Shown in pieces: positions 16,954 to 23,387 of a stretch of DNA of 38,603 bases. The stretch comes from Candidatus Uhrbacteria bacterium (GTDB lineage Bacteria > Patescibacteriota > Patescibacteriia > UBA9934): contig JAUYIW010000029.1 of NCBI GenBank assembly GCA_030688135.1, positions 1 to 38,603 on the forward strand, read 5' to 3'. The notes under the pieces were generated by a model. It saw only the letters and a list, made by a program, of their open reading frames with translations, made no database searches and was not told where the DNA came from. Each line of letters begins with the position of its first letter. Position 1 is the stretch's first letter. Both the position numbers and the translations under genes were made by a program.

Positions 16954-17244
16954 ATGCAGAGATTTAAAAAAATTAAACATATAGAATTAAAGGTGTATGG
17001 AAATGTGCAGGGTGTTTTTTATAGAGAAGCAGTGCAGAGAATCGCTAATTCACTCAATGTGAATGGATATGTAAAGAATAACGTTAACGGAACGGTTAGC
17101 ATTTCTGCTGAGGCTGAGTCTGGTACGTTAGATGATTTTGTTGAAAAGTGTCATGAGGGTTCCGAGAGCTCTTATATAAAAAAAGTGCGTGTAGTGGAGG
17201 GCCCGGTTGAAGGATATCAAAATTTTGTTGTTAAATGGGGCTAG
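16954..17244 (+). CDS. acyP: Acylphosphatase (complete)
   Basis: VYGNVQGVFYR and NGYVKNNVNGTVSI are acylphosphatase signatures. Confidence 0.85.
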   Translation: MQRFKKIKHIELKVYGNVQGVFYREAVQRIANSLNVNGYVKNNVNGTVSISAEAESGTLDDFVEKCHEGSESSYIKKVRVVEGPVEGYQNFVVKWG

Positions 17245-17268
17245 GTTATAATATTTTGGAAAACTTCA

Positions 17269-17292
17269 CGTACGGGGTCACGTACGGGGTCA
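17269..17292. repeat. Tandem 12-mer CGTACGGGGTCA x2
   Basis: The units at 17269-17280 and 17281-17292 are identical. Each contains GGGGTCA. Confidence 0.9.
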
Positions 17293-17309
17293 GACATCTA
17301 GCGTTGACA
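17288..17309. repeat. GGTCAGACATCTAGCGTTGACA, matching 137-157 at 21 of 22 positions
   Basis: Direct comparison with GGTCAACATCTAGCGTTGACA at the left edge. GAGAATTCGC follows both copies (17348-17357 and 177-186). Confidence 0.85.
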
Positions 17310-17391
17310 TATTATGGAATTCTTTATCGGATTGATAGAAATTGTTGGAGAATTCGCAAAAACAATAAAAAATGGGACATTAAAAAAATAC

Positions 17392-17421
17392 TTGACAAAG
17401 CGGTGAAGCGTGCTGTATAAT
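17392..17421 (+). promoter_or_regulatory. Near-consensus promoter TTGACA-18-TATAAT
   Basis: TTGACA at 17392-17397 and TATAAT at 17416-17421. Confidence 0.55.
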
Positions 17422-17448
17422 CCAAACATTCGTAATCAAGCTCAGTAT

Positions 17449-17937
17449 ATGAACATGTTTGAAGGTCGACGTCGACTGGTACATCCAGAATCAAAACAAT
17501 CGAAAGTAGAATTGCCGCAAGATCAAGATACAGATGTCATGCGAATGCGTGGCAAGGTAGATTATGGTATTGATATTGAAGATCTTCCTCATTCAGGGTT
17601 GAGTCCTGAGGATTATGTTATTGAGAGAGAGACTCCTGTGATTCCTGATTATGACGAGGAAGAAGAAAGGAAAAAAAGTGCTGCGGAGTTTGATCCAGCG
17701 GACACCTCTTCAGATGAACCAACTGAATCTGAATCAGGAGAAGGTTTACCAGAACATGAGAACCCTGTTGGTGGAGTTGTTGGATCAAGACGTATTGCGC
17801 GCTATGTCGAGACGCCAAAGTTTCCAGATCGTAAATGGAAGCGGGGAGACAAGCATCGCGGAGCCGAGAAGCCGCATAAACAAGGTCGCCGTCCTACAGG
17901 ACAGGAAGGAAGTGATCAAGAAGATGTTGCGGCTTAG
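17449..17937 (+). CDS. Highly charged, probably disordered orphan protein (162 aa from ATG 17449)
   Basis: The listed ORF starts at GTG 17410, which overlaps the -10 box, so I chose the ATG at 17449. The sequence is acidic in the middle (DYDEEEE, DTSSDEPTESESGEG) and has a basic C-terminus. Confidence 0.45.
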   Translation: MNMFEGRRRLVHPESKQSKVELPQDQDTDVMRMRGKVDYGIDIEDLPHSGLSPEDYVIERETPVIPDYDEEEERKKSAAEFDPADTSSDEPTESESGEGLPEHENPVGGVVGSRRIARYVETPKFPDRKWKRGDKHRGAEKPHKQGRRPTGQEGSDQEDVAA

Positions 17938-18007
17938 TTGTTTGTGGATTTTTCTCATCACAATCCCTAGAAGGGAAAGATTCGTTGGGGCTCTGCGGTT
18001 ATAATCG

Positions 18008-18032
18008 GGGGTCAGGTCGTTACTTGTAGCAT
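18008..18032. repeat. Left arm of a perfect 25-bp inverted repeat (GGGGTCAGGTCGTTACTTGTAGCAT)
   Basis: Its exact reverse complement is at 18898-18922. Confidence 0.95.
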
Positions 18033-18036
18033 TTTC

Positions 18037-18045
18037 TGGTATAAT
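18037..18045 (+). promoter_or_regulatory. Extended -10 box TGGTATAAT
   Basis: It lies 4 nt after the left repeat arm and places the transcription start at about 18052, so the ATG at 18053 would be leaderless. Confidence 0.45.
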
Positions 18046-18052
18046 GAGGGGT

Positions 18053-18898
18053 ATGGTCAGGCCACTACGCATCAAATATCCTGGCGCTCTTTACCACGTC
18101 ACTAGTCGTGGAAACGCCTACCAAGATATCTTTCTCAACGACAAAGATCGTCGTGCGTTTTTGAATAACCTGAAATATTGCATAAAACTTCATAACCTTA
18201 TATGCCACGCATATTGTCTTATGAACAATCATTATCATTTACTCATAGAGACACCGGATGGAAACTTGTCACAGGCAATGCGTGACATAAACGGCAACTA
18301 CACGCAAGGATTCAACGCACGCCATAAATGCGTAGGACATGTGATGCAAGGTCGGTACAAAGCATTTCTCGTCGAGAAAGAACCTTATTTACTCGAAGTC
18401 GTACGTTATATTGTCAACAATCCTGTTGAGGCAAAAATGGTTGAACATCCCAAAAACTGGAAATGGAGTAGCTTTTGTGCGACAGCCGGATTTGTGAAGT
18501 CGCCAGCTTGGCTTATGACGGATTTTACGCTCAGCTTATTTTCTAAGAAAAGAAATGAGGCTCAGAAACAGTATCAAGATTTTGTGAAAGAAGGTATGGA
18601 ACGCGGTTCACCGTATGATGACGTGAAAGAAGGCGTTATTCTAGGAAGTCCTCAGTTCATCGGGTGGGTTTGGGAAAATTTTAAGGAGTTAGAGCTCGTA
18701 ACAGAGGTGAAAACGTCCAACCGGATGATCGGCAGGCCTAGTTTAGAGGACTTATTCTATGACATTACAAAGAAAAAACAACGGGACAATGCCATGAGAG
18801 TAGCTAGAGTACGGGCTGGCTACTCAGTAACTGAAATAGCTAATCATCTAGGACTTCACAGAACGACGGTTAGTAGAATCTTGAATAGTTCGCTATAA
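18053..18898 (+). CDS. Y1 (HUH) transposase of the IS200/RAYT type with a C-terminal DnaA-C-like HTH
   Basis: N-terminus MVRPLRIKYPGALYHVTSRGN. HUH motif NNHYHLLIE. Catalytic-Tyr region VRYIVNNPVEAKMV. C-terminal HTH MRVARVRAGYSVTEIANHLGLHRTTVSRIL. An alternative start is at 18044. Confidence 0.85.
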   Translation: MVRPLRIKYPGALYHVTSRGNAYQDIFLNDKDRRAFLNNLKYCIKLHNLICHAYCLMNNHYHLLIETPDGNLSQAMRDINGNYTQGFNARHKCVGHVMQGRYKAFLVEKEPYLLEVVRYIVNNPVEAKMVEHPKNWKWSSFCATAGFVKSPAWLMTDFTLSLFSKKRNEAQKQYQDFVKEGMERGSPYDDVKEGVILGSPQFIGWVWENFKELELVTEVKTSNRMIGRPSLEDLFYDITKKKQRDNAMRVARVRAGYSVTEIANHLGLHRTTVSRILNSSL

Positions 18899-18922
18899 TG
18901 CTACAAGTAACGACCTGACCCC
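18898..18922. repeat. Right arm of the 25-bp inverted repeat (ATGCTACAAGTAACGACCTGACCCC)
   Basis: It overlaps the last base of the transposase stop codon. Confidence 0.95.
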
Positions 18923-18955
18923 TTTACTAGTGAATCATCAAAATCGACGATCGAA

Positions 18956-18970
18956 GACCTGACCCCTTTA
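18956..18970. repeat. Second copy of GACCTGACCCCTTTA (first copy at 18912-18926)
   Basis: Identical 15-mers 44 nt apart. Confidence 0.9.
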
Positions 18971-18977
18971 TTACCTC

Positions 18978-19202
18978 TACAGGGAGGCTATACAAAAAAT
19001 TGCCAACTCAATGAATGTTAATGGATTTGTAAAAAATAATATCAATGGCACGGTTAGCATTTCAGCTGAAGGCGAATCAAACATTTTGGATAGCTTTGTC
19101 GAAAAATGCCGAAGCGGTTCAGAGAGTTCTTATATAAAAAAATTAAGGATTTCAGAAGGTCCTGTTGAGGGCTATCAAAACTTTACTGTGAAATGGGGGT
19201 AA
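18978..19202 (+). pseudogene. 5'-truncated second acylphosphatase copy (last 74 codons only)
   Basis: YREAIQKIANSMNVNGFVKNN...GYQNFTVKWG is colinear with 17020-17244, and I count 59 of 74 identical residues. There is no equivalent of codons 1-22. Confidence 0.75.
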
Positions 19203-19225
19203 CATATTTCCGCTATATAAACAGA

Positions 19226-19258
19226 AAAAAACAACCTCTATTTCGAGGCTGTTTTTGA
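19226..19258. terminator. Bidirectional intrinsic terminator
   Basis: Hairpin AAAAACAACCTC-TATTTC-GAGGCTGTTTTT. The mismatch becomes a G.U pair on the minus strand. T-runs lie on both sides. Confidence 0.65.
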
Positions 19259-19363
19259 TAGTCTTACTGCTTTTTGTTTTCTTCGGCGTCGTGCTGCGTC
19301 AACTTCTTTTTTTGCGGCAACCGCACGTGACTTTTTTCTACCTAATTTGTGTCGTGTTGGCAT
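19238..19363 (-). CDS. 41-aa very basic peptide (MPTRHKLGRKKSRAVAAKKEVDAARRRRKQKAVRLSKTASK), possibly leaderless
   Basis: Hand translation; the ORF is below the 60-aa cut-off of the ORF track. It has its own promoter and terminator. Confidence 0.4.
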   Translation of the reverse strand: MPTRHKLGRKKSRAVAAKKEVDAARRRRKQKAVRLSKTASK

Positions 19364-19370
19364 AATTATA

Positions 19371-19399
19371 AATATCAAATAATAAAATCCAAATGTCAA
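19371..19399 (-). promoter_or_regulatory. Promoter TTGACA-17-GATATT placing the transcription start about 1 nt before the ATG at 19363
   Basis: Plus-strand tgtcaa at 19394-19399 and aatatc at 19371-19376. Confidence 0.4.
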
Positions 19400-19530
19400 A
19401 TTTCCGTTTAATAATATAAAAGGATTCTACATTGAATGCTTACTTTAGTCAAGATTCAGTAATATATTATTTGAAAACTTAAAATCAAAGCACTGGACAA
19501 AGTAGCGAATATTAGATAAAACAAAGGCAT

Positions 19531-21042
19531 ATGGAAATACAAATAACAAAAGGAGATATTTTGGAAAGCAAAGCAGAATTGCTTGTTATTGGGTCATATC
19601 AAGGTGAATCAATGGATAATAATTTTCTTACACGTCTTGACGACCTTTTGAACGGCAAACTGCACAAATATGCTAAGACTCAAGAATTTGAAGGGAAGGC
19701 TGGGCAAACGCTTCTTTTTCCTGCTGCTGACGCAATGAAGGCTGAATATGCACTTGTTGTTGGCTTGGGTGAACTGGGTGATTTAAGCGAAGAAAACATT
19801 GAAGGGGTTCGCGAAGCGGCAGGAGCAGTTTTGCAAATAGCAAAAAAGCTTGGACTTTCAACTATTTCAATGGAACTTTTTGGTGAAGATGATGAAAAAT
19901 TTGATGCATTTTTACATGGTCAGGCCTTGGGAGAGGCACTGCTTTTGGCAGACTATGAATTTACAACGTACAAAAAGACAAAAAGCAAAGTGAAAATCAA
20001 TAATATTGAAATAGTTGCAGAAAATGGCCAGGACGCTAGAAAGGCACAACGCGGAGTAGAGAAAGCTATCAAAGTTGTTAAGGGTGTAATTTTGGCACGA
20101 GATCTTGTAAATACACCTGCGCAAGATATGTGTCCGGAAAAGCTCTCTAGCGTGGCTAGGGAAATTGCAAAGGAGTCAAAAGGCAAGGTTAAAGTTAGGA
20201 TTTTAGACAAAGAACAATGCCTTAAGAAAACCATGGGCGCATTCTTGGCAGTCGCGCAAGGAAGTGATTCTCAGCCTCAGTTCATTCATCTGTCATATAA
20301 GCCTGTAAAAGCAAAGAAAAGTATTGCGCTCGTTGGAAAAGGTATAACATTTGATTCTGGCGGACTATCTTTAAAACCGGCAAGGAGCATGGAAACAATG
20401 AAATGTGATATGGCCGGAGCCGCTTCGGTGCTTGGTGTATTTTCCATTTTAACAAGCCTTGAGCCAAACATAGAAGTACACGGGATAATTGCAGCTACAG
20501 AAAATCTACTTTCATCAAAGGCTATGAAACCTGGCGATATTGTAGAAGCATCGAACAAAAAAACAATTGAGATTTTAAATACAGACGCAGAAGGAAGGCT
20601 GGCTCTTGCTGACTCTTTAGTTTATGCCTCAAAGTTAAAACCCGATGCAATTATTGATCTTGCCACGCTAACAGGTGCGTGTGTAGTTGCGCTTGGGGAA
20701 GAAATCTCTGCGATAATGTCGAATAATGCTGAACTTGCAAATAAGCTAATTCGATATAGCTCTGAGTCAGGCGAGAAGATGTGGGAAATGCCATTAGAGA
20801 AGAAGTATAGAAAACTTATTGAGTCAGACGTTGCAGACCTTAGAAACATATCGACAACAAATTATGGCGGAACGCTAACGGCAACACTCTTTCTTCAGGA
20901 GTTTGTGCCAAAGGAAATTCCATGGGCGCATCTTGATATAGCAGGACCTGCTTTTGCAGAACGACCAATGGCATCATACATTCAAAAGGGCGGCACAGGA
21001 TTTGGAGTAAGAACACTTATAAGATTTATTGAGGGTAAGTAA
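19531..21042 (+). CDS. pepA: Leucyl aminopeptidase (M17)
   Basis: NTDAEGRLALAD signature, plus VGKGITFDSGG and DMAGAA. Confidence 0.92.
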   Translation: MEIQITKGDILESKAELLVIGSYQGESMDNNFLTRLDDLLNGKLHKYAKTQEFEGKAGQTLLFPAADAMKAEYALVVGLGELGDLSEENIEGVREAAGAVLQIAKKLGLSTISMELFGEDDEKFDAFLHGQALGEALLLADYEFTTYKKTKSKVKINNIEIVAENGQDARKAQRGVEKAIKVVKGVILARDLVNTPAQDMCPEKLSSVAREIAKESKGKVKVRILDKEQCLKKTMGAFLAVAQGSDSQPQFIHLSYKPVKAKKSIALVGKGITFDSGGLSLKPARSMETMKCDMAGAASVLGVFSILTSLEPNIEVHGIIAATENLLSSKAMKPGDIVEASNKKTIEILNTDAEGRLALADSLVYASKLKPDAIIDLATLTGACVVALGEEISAIMSNNAELANKLIRYSSESGEKMWEMPLEKKYRKLIESDVADLRNISTTNYGGTLTATLFLQEFVPKEIPWAHLDIAGPAFAERPMASYIQKGGTGFGVRTLIRFIEGK

Positions 21043-21049
21043 AATTAAG

Positions 21050-21078
21050 ACCGCTAGTACAAAGCCGGCGGTTTTTTA
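21050..21078 (+). terminator. Weak intrinsic terminator after pepA
   Basis: Stem ACCGC / GCGGT with a 13-nt loop, followed by TTTTTATT. Confidence 0.35.
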
Positions 21079-21159
21079 TTTAGTTCGGCTTTTTTCTAAA
21101 CCGGGTTTCGAAAATTTGTGGTACAATTATGGTGCGTTTAAGCAACGATGTAATATATT

Positions 21160-21390
21160 ATGAAAATTATTGTTTATTCCACGCCAACATGTCCATTTTG
21201 CAAGCACGTGAAAGAATTTCTTGATTCTCACAGAATAGACTACGCTGACATAGACGTTTCCGCAGATAAGAACGAAGCCGAGAAGATGATTAAGAAGTCA
21301 GGCCAAATGGGTGTTCCGGTAATTGACATAGATGGAGAAATTGTAATAGGTTTTGATAAGAAAAAATTAAAAGATTTGTTGGGAATTTAA
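21160..21390 (+). CDS. Glutaredoxin-like small redox protein
   Basis: CPFC active site and GVPVI, in a 76-aa protein. A TGGTACAAT extended -10 box lies at about 21117. Confidence 0.8.
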   Translation: MKIIVYSTPTCPFCKHVKEFLDSHRIDYADIDVSADKNEAEKMIKKSGQMGVPVIDIDGEIVIGFDKKKLKDLLGI

Positions 21391-21416
21391 AACAGGCCAC
21401 AAATGAACTGTACCTC

Positions 21417-21446
21417 AAAAAGTGGACACAAAAGTGTCCACTTTTA
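21417..21446 (+). terminator. Intrinsic terminator
   Basis: Hairpin AAGTGGACA-CAAAAG-TGTCCACTT followed by TTT. Confidence 0.7.
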
Positions 21447-21479
21447 TGTTCCGAGGTAATTCACTTAAAATAAGCAGGT

Positions 21480-21850
21480 ATGAACAAGAGAATACTCACA
21501 CAGGAGCAGATCGAGGAGCTATCGAGAAATGTGTGTGTCTGAAGGTGTTCGGAGAAGTCCGTTAAGTACAGTTCGGACTTAAGGTGCTGGCAGTCACAAG
21601 GTATGAGAAGAAAGGAATCCCTCCTTTGCAGATATTTACATAAGTAGGATTCAACTTGACTGCGATCGGCAAAAATGTTCCAGACGATCGGATGCACTTT
21701 TGGAGAAAAGTTGTAAAGGCGAAAGGTCTTGATGGATTGGCAACAGAATCACGTGGCAAAGCTGGTGGTGGAGGTAGGCCTAAGACAAAGAATTTAATAG
21801 ACGCAGAAAAGATAGAACGTCCGGAAACAACGGTTGCCTACCTAAAAGTA
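21480..21850 (+). pseudogene. Degraded IS3-family OrfA-like (HTH) transposase gene
   Basis: Conceptual repair gives MNKRILTQEQIEELSRNVCV*RCSEKSVKYSSD(F)KVLAVTRYEKKGIPPLQIFT*VGFNLTAIGKNVPDDRMHFWRKVVKAKGLDGLATESRGKAGGGGRPKTKNL. Lesions are TGA at 21540-21542, a 1-nt deletion near 21580 and TAA at 21641-21643. Confidence 0.6.
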
Positions 21851-22651
21851 GCGACATACTTTAACGCAATGGCAAATTGGGCGAATATCATTGAAAACGC
21901 ATATGGGCTAACAAAAGGCGGAAGTCTCCAAGGTAGAGTTAAGAGCGGTATCCAGCAAGCGGGTGAGGCCGGTGTTGCAGCGGCTACGGGTGGAATTGGT
22001 GGGGTATTGTTAAAGGCAGGTCAAACAGTCGCGGGTCAAACGAATAAGAACAAACAAAAAGCGCTGGATCAGTTGGTAGATTTTTTGCGTAAATCAGACG
22101 ACCTCCCAAAAGCCCCAGCCGGTAAAGCCGGCGGAGTAAATGTTCCTGAAGCGGATATAGTCGGTGATGTAACTACCTCAATCTCCAAAGCTAAAGAAGC
22201 GGTAACTTCTAAAACTACTCTACAAAACTTTGACTCAAAAATCATTGACGATTACTTTGGGATGGAAAAAGGATGGCTAATTGATAATGTAGATGATTTT
22301 GTTTTACTTGGTGATGAACTGAAGATAAGGAATAGGATTATTAAACATATCACCGAACAGCGCAAGTTAAAAGACGGAATGTCTAGCGGTCAAATCAAGG
22401 AAATGTTTGACAAGATTCCATCTGCTATTAAAGAAAAAGATTTTGAGATTCCGAATCCTAGTAAAACGGGTATAGATGGATCGATCCTAGTAGGTAAGTT
22501 TTACCCAGAAGAAAATCGAGGTCTTATTATCATTAAAGATTCCAACGGCTCTCTTCTTGATGTGTTTGAAGAAGATGTTAGTGAAATCCTTAATGCTTTT
22601 TTTAAGAATAAAAGCGGATACAAAAAACTGAAAAACAAATCAAAAAACTGA
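21656..22651 (+). CDS. Chimeric ORF: the first ~65 codons are the tail of the OrfA-like pseudogene and the rest is an orphan sequence
   Basis: TTG start inside the pseudogene frame. The downstream part (Gly-rich GVAAATGGIGGVLLKAG, then a Lys/Asp-rich domain) has no recognisable family. Confidence 0.4.
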   Translation: MTAIGKNVPDDRMHFWRKVVKAKGLDGLATESRGKAGGGGRPKTKNLIDAEKIERPETTVAYLKVATYFNAMANWANIIENAYGLTKGGSLQGRVKSGIQQAGEAGVAAATGGIGGVLLKAGQTVAGQTNKNKQKALDQLVDFLRKSDDLPKAPAGKAGGVNVPEADIVGDVTTSISKAKEAVTSKTTLQNFDSKIIDDYFGMEKGWLIDNVDDFVLLGDELKIRNRIIKHITEQRKLKDGMSSGQIKEMFDKIPSAIKEKDFEIPNPSKTGIDGSILVGKFYPEENRGLIIIKDSNGSLLDVFEEDVSEILNAFFKNKSGYKKLKNKSKN

Positions 22652-22846
22652 TCTGTTCTTATAGAGGAACGGTAGTCCTCATCTGTCATCTTCCGGAGAA
22701 GACGCCCGCAGTAAGCACCGTATTGGTTAAACCAATTTTCTGCATTTTATAAGAATGTATCAGTCTAATGAGAGTATACCACAAATACCACGAATTGTAA
22801 ATACCTATCTTCTCCCAAAATTTATGATGATGCGGTAGAGGTTCCT

Positions 22847-22876
22847 ATTGACAAAAAGACCTTTAATATGCTATAT
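22847..22876 (+). promoter_or_regulatory. Promoter TTGACA-18-(TGc)TATATT
   Basis: TTGACA at 22847-22852, TGC at 22868-22870 and TATATT at 22871-22876. Confidence 0.5.
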
Positions 22877-22885
22877 TTAAAATAA

Positions 22886-23032
22886 TATGTTTGAAACAAA
22901 TAGCCCAGAAGTTAAAGAAAACAGTAGGAAAAGAAGAATTTGGGAGCAAATGCACCCAGATCAGAATTGGAAAACAGGACTTTCTAAGGAACAAATTGAA
23001 GAAATTGAGAAGCAAAGAAAAACCGCCAGCTA
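22886..23032 (+). CDS. 48-aa orphan peptide (MFETNSPEVKENSRKRRIWEQMHPDQNWKTGLSKEQIEEIEKQRKTAS)
   Basis: Hand translation. The ATG lies 10 nt after the -10 box, and the stop sits in the loop of the terminator. Confidence 0.4.
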
Positions 23033-23048
23033 AGGCGGTTCTTTGTTT
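23018..23048 (+). terminator. Intrinsic terminator
   Basis: Hairpin AACCGCC-AGCTAA-GGCGGTT followed by CTTTGTTTT. Confidence 0.65.
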
Positions 23049-23335
23049 TCCAAATGATCGTATTATAGTTATCCGTTAGCTTGTCGCCGAACTTAATGTT
23101 CTTTTAAGATAACCTAATACGGATCATTCAGAAGTGTGAAAGGTTATTTTTTTAAATACTCCTATTGTCTTAAAAAACACAAACGGCATAGCCCACAGAG
23201 ATGCTACTAGAAATAACGCAAGATGAAAATGTAAATGGCGTTCACCGCAAAAAGATCACAGACCTTAAAAAGAAACGTGTTCGAGGATTCCTTTTGTGCA
23301 TGGATACGGTGGTGAGGTATTGTTACTATAACGAA

Positions 23336-23364
23336 ATAGTGACGTCTCTAAGAGACGTCACTAT
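23336..23364. repeat. Hairpin family H, copy 3 (core GTCTCTAAGAGAC at 23344-23356)
   Basis: Perfect 13-bp stem ATAGTGACGTCTC / GAGACGTCACTAT with loop TAA. It lies 24 nt downstream of the peroxiredoxin stop codon and has no flanking T-run. Confidence 0.85.
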
Positions 23365-23387
23365 TGTATTCGCTCTTTATATATAAT

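Larger units (their letters stand above)
17269..18970 (+). mobile_element. RAYT/IS200-like Y1-transposase element bounded by inverted GGGGTCAG(GTC) motifs and lodged between two acylphosphatase copies
   Basis: Forward motif copies start at 17274, 17286 and 18008. Reverse copies are at 18912-18922 and 18956-18966. The exact boundaries are uncertain. Confidence 0.5.

Noticed and set aside
16787-17420. ORFs 16787-16984 and 17235-17420
   Set aside because: The first reads through the terminator at 16871-16900. The second is translated from the tandem 12-mers and the promoter region.
17618-18075. ORFs 17618-17818 (minus), 17651-18004 (plus) and 17785-18075 (minus)
   Set aside because: They are alternative frames of the 162-aa ORF or cross the 25-bp repeat arm and the promoter. 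None has a supporting signal.
21540-21542. In-frame TGA as evidence for UGA recoding (code 4 or 25)
   Set aside because: No conserved long gene in the window contains an in-frame TGA, and Trp is encoded by TGG throughout. The same pseudogene also has a frameshift and a TAA, so decay is the simpler reading.
21461-21759. Minus-strand ORFs 21461-21697 and 21562-21759
   Set aside because: They are antisense to a region that, on the plus strand, reads as a coherent (though damaged) OrfA-like protein.
22891-23386. ORFs 22891-23079 and 23201-23386
   Set aside because: The first starts at TTG and reads through the terminator at 23018-23048. The second is translated across hairpin H3 and has no promoter or ribosome-binding site.
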